A stretch of 33,258 nt of DNA from Thraustochytrium aureum (lineage: Eukaryota), in NCBI GenBank assembly GCA_012862495.1, contig BLSG01000161.1:62234-95491 (forward strand). The letters are read 5' to 3'. A model generated the notes under the pieces. It searched no databases. It was given only the letters and a program-made list of their open reading frames with translations, and was not told the DNA's origin. Numbering within the stretch: the stretch's first letter is position 1; each line of letters begins with the position of its first letter. This document shows, piece by piece, positions 1 through 9,803 of the stretch. The translations under genes and the position numbers were made by a program.

Positions 1-1
1 C

Positions 2-1000
2 GCCAAGACGTGCCAAGGTCTTGACGCCTCCGAAAGCGGCGCATCCCAAGGTCTCCTGGCCCGCAGCGCAGGGACGGCTGCTTGCAAAGCGGGAGGGGCG
101 GGACGAGCCCTCCCCTCATACTTTACGATAGGCTACAGCCAGGCCGGGTCCACCTTCTTCGCCTCGTTGCTGCAAAAGCACCCTGGAGTGGCCAGTGCGT
201 GCGCCAAGGAGATCAACTTTTTTGACAAGAAGTTGGTGGCGCTGGGCCACAAGCGCCAAGGCGCGGGCGCCGCGGGCGCCGCCCCCACCGCCTTAGTGAG
301 CGTGGACAGCTACCTGCACTGCCTGGGCGCCAGTCTCTCCGGCCCTCTAGACGGGCGGTTGGTGGGCGACAACACGATCAAAACCATCTACACAGACTCG
401 GCGATGCCGCTCTGGGTGCGGGCCGTCAACCCCCGCGCCCGCCTTATCGTGATTCTCCGCGACCCGGTCGCCAGGGTCTTCTCCAGGTACAAGCAAAAGG
501 GCGGCGGCATGGGCTGCGCGCGCCGCATCGAGGCCGCCGCCTGCGCGGGGAACTTCGCCGGCTACGTGCAGCAGATGACCGCGTACATCCACCGCGCCTG
601 CCCCGGCCTCGCCGAGGGCACCGCCGATCCGTCCAGCGTCTTCCACTGCGCCTCGCTGGCCAGCGCCTCCAAGTTGGACACGGACACCCTGGTCAGCTCC
701 TTGTACGCCGCGCACATCGAGTACTGGTTTCGCTTCTTCCCGCGGCGCCAATTCACCTTCGTGTCCAGCGCGCGGCTCTTCAGCGACGCGAACGGGACCA
801 TCAACGAGGTCGCCGAGCGCATCGGGCTCGACCACTTCGACGCCACGCCCTTCATGTCCAAGACCTCGCACAACTCGCACGTGCGCAGAGCCCGCGTAGG
901 CCCTGCGTCGCGCGACCTCCTGCGCGCCTTCTTCCGCCCCACCGTGCGGCGCGTACGCGAGCTCACGGGCATCGACCTGGCCGAGGACTGGGCGGCCTAG
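2..1000 (+). CDS. PAPS-dependent sulfotransferase (heparan-sulfate sulfotransferase-like), 5'-truncated by the window edge
   Basis: The frame is open from base 2, upstream of the listed TTG at 167. It contains the 5'-PSB-like LPSYFTIGYSQAGSTFFASLLQKHP, KEINFFD, the 3'-PB motif ARLIVILRDPVARVFSRY, SLYAAHIEYWFRFFPRRQF and C-terminal LRAFFRP. Stop TAG at 998-1000. Confidence 0.85.
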   Translation, partial: AKTCQGLDASESGASQGLLARSAGTAACKAGGAGRALPSYFTIGYSQAGSTFFASLLQKHPGVASACAKEINFFDKKLVALGHKRQGAGAAGAAPTALVSVDSYLHCLGASLSGPLDGRLVGDNTIKTIYTDSAMPLWVRAVNPRARLIVILRDPVARVFSRYKQKGGGMGCARRIEAAACAGNFAGYVQQMTAYIHRACPGLAEGTADPSSVFHCASLASASKLDTDTLVSSLYAAHIEYWFRFFPRRQFTFVSSARLFSDANGTINEVAERIGLDHFDATPFMSKTSHNSHVRRARVGPASRDLLRAFFRPTVRRVRELTGIDLAEDWAA

Positions 1001-1006
1001 GCGCCT

Positions 1007-1100
1007 GGGCTCGTGGGGCTCGCGCGGATTGACGGGGCTCGTGGGGATTGTTGGGGCTCGCGGGATGGGGTTCTGCCGCGCCGGGCTCGATGGGCTGCTG
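1007..1100. repeat. Degenerate G-rich short repeats (GGGCTCG-type) next to an assembly gap
   Basis: gggctcg recurs about five times, with ggattg spacers, just before the gap. Confidence 0.4.
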
Positions 1101-1829
1101 GATGGCCCCCGCGCCCGCGCCGNNNNNNNNNNNNNNNNNNNNNNNNNNNNNNNNNNNNNNNNNNNNNNNNNNNNNNNNNNNNNNNNNNNNNNNNNNNNNN
1201 NNNNNNNNNNNNNNNNNNNNNNNNNNNNNNNNNNNNNNNNNNNNNNNNNNNNNNNNNNNNNNNNNNNNNNNNNNNNNNNNNNNNNNNNNNNNNNNNNNNN
1301 NNNNNNNNNNNNNNNNNNNNNNNNNNNNNNNNNNNNNNNNNNNNNNNNNNNNNNNNNNNNNNNNNNNNNNNNNNNNNNNNNNNNNNNNNNNNNNNNNNNN
1401 NNNNNNNNNNNNNNNNNNNNNNNNNNNNNNNNNNNNNNNNNNNNNNNNNNNNNNNNNNNNNNNNNNNNNNNNNNNNNNNNNNNNNNNNNNNNNNNNNNNN
1501 NNNNNNNNNNNNNNNNNNNNNNNNNNNNNNNNNNNNNNNNNNNNNNNNNNNNNNNNNNNNNNNNNNNNNNNNNNNNNNNNNNNNNNNNNNNNNNNNNNNN
1601 NNNNNNNNNNNNNNNNNNNNNNNNNNNNNNNNNNNNNNNNNNNNNNNNNNNNNNNNNNNNNNNNNNNNNNNNNNNNNNNNNNNNNNNNNNNNNNNNNNNN
1701 NNNNNNNNNNNNNNNNNNNNNNNNNNNNNNNNNNNNNNNNNNNNNNNNNNNNNNNNNNNNNNNNNNNNNNNNNNNNNNNNNNNNNNNNNNNNNNNNNNNN
1801 NNNNNNNNNNNNNNNNNNNNNNNNNNNNC

Positions 1830-2362
1830 TACGAGCGCGTGGACCGAGAAAGCCTGCCGTTGGATCGCGACCAAAGGCCGCTGGCGCTTTCGCAGGTTTT
1901 GGGTCCTCGTCGTGCTGGACCAACTTGAACCTGCCATTCGACAACATCCAGGCCACCACGGAGACGATGGGGGCAGGCGTTCTTGCGCTCGTTTGCGCAG
2001 CCTCGCGGCTTTCTCAGCGTGTGCCGACCATTGTTCGCGTGGTTGGCGATCCCAACAGCGCGGCGCGGCTGGTGCTGCATATTGTGAGGAGCCAATGCCT
2101 CCTGGACGATTCCGCCGCCCCTGCGACGCCGTCAGGCGCCGCGCAACGCGCAGAAACAGTTCACGAGCGCATCCTGCGCTCGTTGCCCAGAGTGAATGAG
2201 CTCAGCGCATTCCTGGGCGCCCGCGGCGCGTTGGGCCACGGCGGGCAAGGGGCCGGCAGTGGTTGGGGTGGGCAATCGAGCGCGCTTCGCGAGTTTCTGC
2301 GCACGTGGAGGTCTCGAATGGACGGCAGCGATGCGCCGACGGACCAGATACCGCCGCCTTGA
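1830..2362 (+). CDS. 3' end of a hypothetical protein, with a predicted 56-nt intron (1896-1951)
   Basis: Removing CAG|GTTTTG...CATCCAG|GCC joins YERVDRESLPLDRDQRPLALSQ to ATTETMGAGVLALV...QIPPP* in frame. The 5' part is lost in the gap. Confidence 0.4.
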
Positions 2363-2604
2363 GCTTGGCCTTGGGAGCGTCCGCTTTGGCGCAACTCACC
2401 GCTCTCGCTGTTTGCACATCGCCAAGAACAAGTGTATCCTTGTAGTACATAAAACCAAATCAATCCACATGCGCGCCGTGGTGCACCCGCGGGCCATCTT
2501 TCCTTCGCTGCGGCCATGCAGCTTGGAGGTTTGCAAACGGGGGAGGAATAAAACGGTAAGGTACTGTGTAATGATACAGGTGGAGCGATAGTAGGCGCGC
2601 GGCG

Positions 2605-3156
2605 TCACGTGCAAACCCGCTTTGCAGGAGATGCGACCGCGTCTTGCGCGCTTTCGGTTGGGCGCTTGCGAGTGAAACTGCTTCCAGTCCGCTCGTGGTA
2701 GCCTTGCACTGTGCAGCCCTTCAGGCCGATCTTGATGGGCTTGTTGGTCTGCGGGTTCACGGCACCCTGGAAGCAGGGCCACACTTTCAAACTGCGCACT
2801 TGAGCCAGCAGGCTCCTCTCAACAGGCTCGGGAAACGGAACCGTCCCTTCGTTCGAGCAGCTGAGATGCGCAACGATCGCCTTGCGAAAGGCCTGCTCTG
2901 GCCTCCGCGGCGGTGTTCTGCGCGATCCAACCCATGTCTTGAAGCATTCGCGGCTCAGAACCCCAGATGCGTCACATTGGCCCTCTCTGATGCGGACGAA
3001 CTTGAGAAATATGTCGAGCGATGTTTTTTCTGTCGGGCAGTTGGCCAGGCTAAACTGGTGCCAGGTCGGCTGGTTTGGCGCATCGATCCAGCTGACCTGT
3101 GCAAGCCATTCGCGTAGCTCCCGCTCGCTCTCGGCTTCGTCGTCATGGCTCTCCAT
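2605..3156 (-). CDS. Hypothetical globular protein with a basic C-terminal NLS-like tail (alternative ATG at 3219)
   Basis: MESHDDE... has protein-like composition: FKTWVGSRRTPPRRPEQAFRKAIVAHL, PFPEPVERSLL, VWPCF, IGLKG-GYHE, and tail RKRP...PAKR. The ORF-track extension to 3375 is only the translated tandem repeat. Confidence 0.65.
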   Translation of the reverse strand: MESHDDEAESERELREWLAQVSWIDAPNQPTWHQFSLANCPTEKTSLDIFLKFVRIREGQCDASGVLSRECFKTWVGSRRTPPRRPEQAFRKAIVAHLSCSNEGTVPFPEPVERSLLAQVRSLKVWPCFQGAVNPQTNKPIKIGLKGCTVQGYHERTGSSFTRKRPTESAQDAVASPAKRVCT

Positions 3157-3272
3157 TGCAAGCTCTGTTCGAGCACGCGGCGGCTCCTCAGAGCCGTAGC
3201 AGAAGCACCAGTCGCCCATGCAGGGGACGGAGGCCGAGGCGGCGTGTGGTGCAACGCACATTCTAGTAGTTG

Positions 3273-3388
3273 TGCACTTGAGAGCAATTCTGCACTTGAG
3301 CAATTCTGCGCTTGAGCAATCAATTCTGCACTTGAGCAATTCCGCACTTGAGCAATCAATTCTGCACTTGAGCAATTCTGCACTTGAG
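3273..3388. repeat. Minisatellite: six 16-bp CAATTCTGCACTTGAG units plus a partial copy, with a 36-bp higher-order period
   Basis: Units start at 3285, 3301, 3321, 3337, 3357 and 3373. An extra CAAT follows every second unit. Two units carry single substitutions. Confidence 0.95.
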
Positions 3389-4120
3389 TCGGCTGATTAC
3401 TCGCTCTAGCTCTTTTAGAGATATCGCTTTGGTATGCGTTTCGTGTTTGGCCGCACTTGCGCGCGCGCGCCGCAGATGAACGTGCCTACCCACCTCGAAA
3501 ACGCTCTGGCCAATCTGCACCGAACTCGGAAACATTAGCCAGTGGGCATGTCCTGCGCGTTCAACCAAAACGCGCCGAGCAACTGCTCTGGCGCACTGGC
3601 ACTGCATCAGCGCGCACGAGACGCGTGCACGAGCGAGGCTGTGCCGTCGGGCAGCACGTCGCCAAAGGAAGGAGAGGCCCGTGCCAGCTGGCGCTCATTC
3701 TTCTGTGCCGTTGTGGTGAGCAGACCGAGTTCGGCTGACACAAATACCGGCAAGCCTCCCAGGGCAACTGCTCTTGCGTCCGCACGACGCGCTGACTCTT
3801 GCCCACAGGCACTCGCGCCCAGCAGGCCGGCCGTGCGACACGAAATAATGCAACCTCATCGACGCGCGGACGCCATGATCGTCTCGGCGTTCAGTGCCGG
3901 AATCACGGCAAAGTGGTATTCATGGTATTTACCGCGATAAACGGACTTTTCCGCATTTTGTATCCAAGCTGAATCGATCTCCAAAAAAAAGATCGTTCGC
4001 CCCGCTGCCCGCAGACCGCCTGGAGCAGGCGAAGGAGCTACGTCACAGCTTTGCAAAGAGGAAATCGCAGCCCCCAAGCCCCCCATGCTTGTATGTTTCC
4101 GCGACGCGCAACTGGCTGGC

Positions 4121-5282
4121 CTAAGCCTCAAGCTGCGCGAGCGTCTTGCTAATTTTGCACTGCTCCACAAGCTCGTACGCGCCAGCTTTGCCGATCGAAC
4201 CGGCCCAGTCCGGGTAGTCCGTGTATCCGGCGGGGCCGCGCGAGTAGAACGTCGAGCGGTCGTACTTGTTCAGTGGGTGCCCATGCAGAAGGCGCGCCGG
4301 AAGGTCCGGGTTGGAGATGAACCAGCGCCCGAAGGCAACGGCATCGTATAGCCCATTGTCCAGGGCCTGATGGGCGTTAACCGGAGTGAAGCCGCCGCTG
4401 CCAATCATCGGCCATCGGTACAACTTCCTGAACTTGCGCGGGTGAAAGAAAGGCATCTCCCAGCCCTTGTCCTGGTCACCCCCAAACCACCGCGGCTCCG
4501 TGAGCAAAAGATAGGCGAGGCCAAACCTGTCCAGCCCGGCAATCGCGTGCGCAAAAAGCGCATCCGGGTCCGAGTCGTCACCATCGCTCGGCTCAGCCGG
4601 GTTGCTGGGCGAGAGGCGGAGCGCAACGCGCCCAGCGTCGCCGACCTCGTCGACAACGGCTTCCACACCTCGAAGAGCAGCCTGCAACGGTTCGAGATCG
4701 GCCCGCCGTAGGCGTCGGTGCGCTCGTTGACGCCGTCGCACAGAAACTGGTCCAGAAGGTAGCCATGAGCGCCGTGTATCTCGACGATGTCGCACCCTGC
4801 GCGCATCGCGTTGCGAGCTGCTCGGCGGTAGTCTTGGAGCAGCCGCGGGATCTCTTCGACTGGCAGCGCACGCGGCGTCGCGTGGGGAACGCGTTCTTCC
4901 GATCCGTAGATGCGCGTTGTGCCCTCGATGCGCTTGGCGCTCGACGACACGCTTGGGAGCGGCATCCCAGACTCTTTCAGAAGCGGGTGCTCTCCGAACG
5001 CGGGGTGCGCAACGCGCCCCACGTGCCACAGCTGCATGGACAACAGTGCGCCCTTTGCGTGGACCGCGGCGGCCACTCTCGTCCACGCCTTCACCTGATC
5101 TTCAGTCCAGATCCCGGGCGTCCCAGCGTAACCCATCGCCTCCGGGCTAATGTTGGTCGCCTCGGTGATGAGCAGCCCGCCGGGGGACGCCCGCTGGGCG
5201 TAGTACTCTACCACCATCTCTGACGGCGCCAGCTCTGGCTCCGTCGCCCTGTGCCTTGTCAACGGTGCGAGCACGACGCGGT
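4121..5282 (-). CDS. Old Yellow Enzyme family NADH:flavin oxidoreductase (NemA/OPR-like); N-terminus in gap; apparent 1-bp frameshift at ~4667
   Basis: First frame: RVVLAPLTRHRA, YYAQRASPGGLLITEAT, QLWHVGR, EIHGAHGYLLDQFL (H-x-x-H..Y active site), NERTDAYGG..NRCRLLFEV. Second frame: VALRLSP, DAVAFGRWFISNPDL, YDRSTFY..GYTDYP. Confidence 0.93.
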
Positions 5283-5947
5283 NNNNNNNNNNNNNNNNNN
5301 NNNNNNNNNNNNNNNNNNNNNNNNNNNNNNNNNNNNNNNNNNNNNNNNNNNNNNNNNNNNNNNNNNNNNNNNNNNNNNNNNNNNNNNNNNNNNNNNNNNN
5401 NNNNNNNNNNNNNNNNNNNNNNTTGGTTGGCGTCACAAAAAACAAAAAAAGTCCCGCTGTCTGGGCTTCAGCGCCGCCATCATTGGCCAGTACCGCCGAG
5501 GCCGAGACGCAGGCCGGCCGGCGCCGCGCGCCGCAGCGCACAGCCCGCTCAGCAAGCACGCTGGACAGTTGGAGGGAGGAGAGACGTGCCACGCCTCTCG
5601 AGGCATCGCAATGGCCGGTCCTTCGCGGTCGTCCCCAGCGCCCAAGACCGCTAAGCTTCCCACCACCGTGAGTTGCGCGGCCGCGGCCTCCGACTCTGCG
5701 TTGCTCTGCGCTGCTCTGCGCTGCCCTGCGCGTTGACAACTCGCAAGAATCGCTGCCATCTCGAGGTGGTTTTGCGGAATTTCCGAGACGTTGATTGCAG
5801 CAGAGTCTCAACAGCAGCGTCTCAACAGCAGCGCGCGCGAGCCACGGGGGCGCGCGAGTCCACGACGGGCGGGCGCAGAGGGCCGTGGGAGCGAGCGCGC
5901 GCCAAAAATTTGCTGGCGGGTGGCGGGGCTCGGGCCGACTTGGCGCG

Positions 5948-7006
5948 ATGAAGCGCGGGATGACCGTGGCGAACGACGAGGTCACTCTGCCTCCCGGCGT
6001 GGTCGCGCAGCCGCTGCTGCTCGACAAGTCGCGGTCGAGCGCGCTACGGCTGTGCAGGCGGTACCCGCTCGGCCTGTTCAAGGAGCGTGACCTGTTGGAC
6101 GCGTACAGAGCCCTCGTGTCGGCGATAGAGCAGAGGCTGGAGACCAAGTTGACGAGGAAAAACCGCAACGAGCAGCAGCCGATATACTGGTCAAACATGA
6201 TGCAGAACAGGTACGAGCTCGACGCGTACGAATCCTCCATCGAGCTCGGAGCCATCATTTTCGAGTCGCTCGACGTCTTCCGCGAGAAGAACATTGACAT
6301 CAAGGTATGCCACCGCAGCAGGCTGGACGAGGCGACACACAACCCCGTTGTGGATCGCTGGCTCGAGTTTATAGACCTAGACATCGCGCCAACTTCGTAC
6401 CGCTGCAACTGGGCCGTCGCCGGAACGTTAATACTCCCCGTGTGCGTCTGCCTCAATTCCTACGACATGCTGAGCGTTGTGCTGCCGCCGGTCGGCGTGC
6501 TGAAGCTCTTGCCGCTTGATCGAGGCGGCAACGAGATGTTCGAGACTTGCCCTGCGCGGCTGAAAGGCCTCATCGAGCGCAAGCTCCTGCAGACCCAGTA
6601 CACGTATCTCGTCAGCGACCTCGTGACGCTCCCTGTGCTCAAGTCTGGCAACTGGCGCCCGTCTGCCGTGGACCACCTTGTGTCGCGCCACCGGCCCGCG
6701 TTTCGGGCCAAAGGCATGGACATCTTTTTCTGCAAGCTATTTTGCCTGCGCTCGCTTGACCGCCTCTTTCAGTGGATCGAGTTTGTGGACCTCGAAGAAA
6801 CGCCAAACTACACTCCGCAATACGTCTACGAGCCGTTCATCGCGCCCAAGGGGGCCAAAGTCAAGGTGGACGCGTACTCGGGCGAAGAGTATGTCTCCAA
6901 TGTGCTTCTCAACAAGCTCAAGGTGAGCGGCAACCTGAAGCGCGGGCGCCTGAGCTGCGTGAGCAAGTCACCGCCGGTATTCTGGTTCGATGACCGTGAT
7001 GTGTGA
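5948..7006 (+). CDS. Hypothetical protein made of two tandem copies of an unrecognised domain
   Basis: 352-aa ORF from ATG 5948 with host-like codon use. The internal repeat pattern LPP..L.LD..C..GL..Y..LVS..FR.K.ID/MDI..C..W[LI]EF[IV]DL..P occurs twice. Confidence 0.75.
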   Translation: MKRGMTVANDEVTLPPGVVAQPLLLDKSRSSALRLCRRYPLGLFKERDLLDAYRALVSAIEQRLETKLTRKNRNEQQPIYWSNMMQNRYELDAYESSIELGAIIFESLDVFREKNIDIKVCHRSRLDEATHNPVVDRWLEFIDLDIAPTSYRCNWAVAGTLILPVCVCLNSYDMLSVVLPPVGVLKLLPLDRGGNEMFETCPARLKGLIERKLLQTQYTYLVSDLVTLPVLKSGNWRPSAVDHLVSRHRPAFRAKGMDIFFCKLFCLRSLDRLFQWIEFVDLEETPNYTPQYVYEPFIAPKGAKVKVDAYSGEEYVSNVLLNKLKVSGNLKRGRLSCVSKSPPVFWFDDRDV

Positions 7007-7346
7007 ACTACGGGTGCAACGGCGGGCAGGCGCGTGAGGTTCGCGCCTGCTTGTTTGGCGGCCGAGCCAGCCTTTGGCGCGGCGAGCCAACGCGGCGACG
7101 TCCCAAGAATGCAGAGCTGTCGGCTCTCGCAGTGTAAAGAGTTCGTCTCCGTTTCGAAGTTGACTTTCAATTTTTTTAATGAGGGCTTGTCCGCGGGAGC
7201 ACGGGCAAAGCGCCTTGAAAAAAGTCGGCCGGCGAAGTAGGCCAAGCCGGTCCAGAGCAGTCCTCGCCCGACCCAAACGCCAGCACGCCAGCTAGCCAGC
7301 TAGACAGACAGCCGCTCCTGCTCAACTACCCGGAAGAATCGTCCCT

Positions 7347-9722
7347 TCAATGGCCGTCGTGGTACCCAGCCCAAGATGCGCCAGCGGGAAGCGCGTGCGA
7401 AACGAAAAAGTCCGCAAAGACAAGGCTGATGATGGCCATGAGCTTCATCAGAATGTTGAGCGCAGGCCCAGACGTGTCCTTGAGCGGGTCGCCAACAGTG
7501 TCGCCGATGACGGCCGCCTTGTGCGCCTCCGAGCCCTTGCCGCCGTGCACACCGCTTTCGATAAACTTTTTGGCATTGTCCCAGGCGCCGCCGGTGTTGG
7601 AGGACGAGATAGCCATCTGCACGCCAGAGACGAGGCTGCCAGCGAGGAGGCCGGTCAGCGCATGCACGCCAAAGAAGAAGCCCGTGCCGATGGGCGTCAG
7701 GATGACGAGCGCGCCGGGGGCAATCATCTCGCGCAGGGACGCCTTGGTGGAGATCTCGACGCAGCGCTCGTAGTCCGGCTTTGCGGTGCCTTCCATGAGG
7801 CCCGGGATGCGGGCAAACTGCTCGCGGACCTCGACCACCATCTCGCGCGCTGCAATGCCCACGCTCTTCATGGTCATCGCGCTGAACCAGTACGGAAGCA
7901 TCGACCCGTAGAGGAGGAAGACGATCACGATCGGCTCGAGGATGTTGACCGACTTGGCGCCGATGCGCGACACGAAAGCGCCGTACAGCGCAAGCGACAC
8001 CAGCGCCGCTGACCCGATGGCGAACCCCTTGCCGATGGCGGCGGTTGTGTTGCCGGCCGCGTCGAGCGTGTCGGTGATGTGGCGAACGCTGGCGCCCAGG
8101 TGGGCCATCTCGGCGATCCCGCCAGCGTTGTCGCAAATGGGCCCGTAGGCGTCGATCGTGAGCCCAATAGACAGCGACGAGAGCATGCCGAGCGCAGCGA
8201 GGGCGATCCCGTACATCCCGCAGAGCTTAAAGCTCAGGAAGATGGTGGCGCCGAGCGCGAGCACCGGGACGATGACGGACTTGTAGCCGAGCGCGAGGCC
8301 ATAGATGATGTTGGTAGCGGCGCCAGTCTTGCATGCCTCGGCCACCTCGCGCACGGGGGTGTACGAGTGGCTCGTGTAGTACTCGGTGATGAGGCCCGTT
8401 GTGAGGCCCGCCCAGAGGCCGGCGGAAATGCACATGAAAGCGCCAAACCACGTCGCGTAGGTCTCCGCGGTGCAGGGCTCGCCCGGCATGTTGACGCAGA
8501 ACACGGACGGAAGGAACATGAGCGAGATCAAAAACACAGCTGGCGTGAGGAGCACGGTCGAGAGGATGAGCTGCATTTTGAGCACGTGCTCGACGTCGCT
8601 CTCCTTGCGCACAGGGCTGATGTCGGTGGCCACAAAGCTCGTGCCGAAGCAGACGAGGATGCCCACGGCGCTGATGAGGAGCGGGAACATCATCGAGCTC
8701 CAGTTGGCCTGCAGCTGCGGGGAGCCCGAGCTGAGCACGAGCGCGGCGCAGGTGGCCTCAGCAAAGCTCCCGAACAAATCTGCCCCCATGCCAGCGACGT
8801 CGCCGACGTTGTCGCCGACGTTGTCAGCGATAGTGGCGGGGTTGCGCGGGTCGTCCTCGGGGATGTCCTTCTCGACCTTGCCGACCAGGTCTGCGCCCAC
8901 GTCCGCGGCCTTGGTGTAGATCCCGCCGCCAACGCGGCCGAACAGCGCGATCGTCGACCCGCCCAGCCCATAGCCAGAGACCACCTCAAAAAGTACCTTG
9001 TACGCGTAAATGCTGGCGTCCTCCCCAGTGCTCTCGCTGAGGTCGACGAACGACCAGGACAGCACCGTGATGAGGCCGAACAGCACCGCGAGGGCAAGCG
9101 CGCAGAGCGAAAACCCCATGACGGCGCCGCCGCGAAAGGCAGTGTTGAAGGCCTCGGTCCAGCCGACCTGCGCGTTCGTGGTGCAGCGCGCGTTCGTGTA
9201 CACCGCGATCATCATGCCGAGGTACCCACTCACGATGCTGGTGAGCCCGCCGATGACGAACGAGACCGCCGTGAAGGTGCCCTCGCGCCAGCACGATCCA
9301 GTCGCGCCGAGGTCTGAGGGCGAGGCGTTGATCACGGACTGCCCGCGGCCGCAGTTGGCGGCGCTCCCGACAAGCACCCAGACGATGCCGCCGAAAACGG
9401 CCAAGAAGATCAGGCAGATCCTGTACTCTGCGTACAAGAACGACCGCGCCCCGATCCCGATGGCGTCGTAGATCTCGAGCAGCTTCTCCGTGCGGTCCGC
9501 GCTGCGGCTGTGGCCGACTCCGTCGTCCATCACCAGGCTCGTGCCTTCGTGTCCATTCAGGTCATCGATCTTGATCGCGCGAATCACCACACTGCGAATC
9601 TTGATCGCCTGCGTGAACGCAAACACCACCCCCACAACGCACGCCGCGACGATCAGCACCGAGGCGAGGAAGGTGCCGCCAGTCACCTCGTAGGTGGGCA
9701 TCACCACGTTCGACGCCGCCAT
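7347..9722 (-). CDS. Membrane H+-translocating pyrophosphatase (V-PPase, K+-dependent type I, AVP1-like)
   Basis: GGGIYTKAADVGADLVGKVE, EDDPRNPATIADNVGDNVGD, EYYTS, DAYGPICDNAGGIAEM, GNTTAAIGKGF (Ala, the K+-dependent signature), GGAWDNAKK, GDTVGDPLKDTSGP. Many TM helices. Likely ATG at 9722. Confidence 0.98.
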   Translation of the reverse strand: MAASNVVMPTYEVTGGTFLASVLIVAACVVGVVFAFTQAIKIRSVVIRAIKIDDLNGHEGTSLVMDDGVGHSRSADRTEKLLEIYDAIGIGARSFLYAEYRICLIFLAVFGGIVWVLVGSAANCGRGQSVINASPSDLGATGSCWREGTFTAVSFVIGGLTSIVSGYLGMMIAVYTNARCTTNAQVGWTEAFNTAFRGGAVMGFSLCALALAVLFGLITVLSWSFVDLSESTGEDASIYAYKVLFEVVSGYGLGGSTIALFGRVGGGIYTKAADVGADLVGKVEKDIPEDDPRNPATIADNVGDNVGDVAGMGADLFGSFAEATCAALVLSSGSPQLQANWSSMMFPLLISAVGILVCFGTSFVATDISPVRKESDVEHVLKMQLILSTVLLTPAVFLISLMFLPSVFCVNMPGEPCTAETYATWFGAFMCISAGLWAGLTTGLITEYYTSHSYTPVREVAEACKTGAATNIIYGLALGYKSVIVPVLALGATIFLSFKLCGMYGIALAALGMLSSLSIGLTIDAYGPICDNAGGIAEMAHLGASVRHITDTLDAAGNTTAAIGKGFAIGSAALVSLALYGAFVSRIGAKSVNILEPIVIVFLLYGSMLPYWFSAMTMKSVGIAAREMVVEVREQFARIPGLMEGTAKPDYERCVEISTKASLREMIAPGALVILTPIGTGFFFGVHALTGLLAGSLVSGVQMAISSSNTGGAWDNAKKFIESGVHGGKGSEAHKAAVIGDTVGDPLKDTSGPALNILMKLMAIISLVFADFFVSHALPAGASWAGYHDGH

Positions 9723-9760
9723 CCCTCCCGGCCACAGCCGCCCGCACTCGCCTTCCGCGC

Positions 9761-9803
9761 CCGCCGCTGCTGCCGCTGCCGCCGCCGCCGCTGCTGCTGC
9801 TGC
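9761..9803. repeat. (GCC/GCT)n trinucleotide tract just upstream of the V-PPase start
   Basis: ccgccgctgctgccgctgccgccgccgccgctgctgctgctgct. Confidence 0.8.

Noticed and set aside
963..2199. Long ORFs running through N-gaps (here and at 10317-12146, 27373-29088, 31101-32570)
   Set aside because: Their length comes from X-translated Ns. Only flanks with recognisable motifs were kept.
3273..3388. Possible CRISPR-like array
   Set aside because: Units are directly adjacent with no unique spacers, the context is eukaryotic and there are no cas genes. The same applies to 10411-10611, 18711-18864 and 26510-26587.
3400..4120. Short ORFs on both strands, a possible GTATGC..CAG intron (3432-3476), and a minus frame broken by two TGA codons (selenoprotein idea)
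   Set aside because: No frame gives a recognisable protein, there is no redox motif around the TGAs and I could not identify a SECIS. Left unexplained.
5795..5947. N-terminal extension from TTG 5795
   Set aside because: Non-ATG start and low-complexity translation. ATG 5948 is preferred.
7300..9693. Many overlapping and antisense ORFs over the V-PPase (similarly over KPTN, SLC13, PSMA5 and RPL7A)
   Set aside because: Shadow ORFs expected from high GC3 codon bias.
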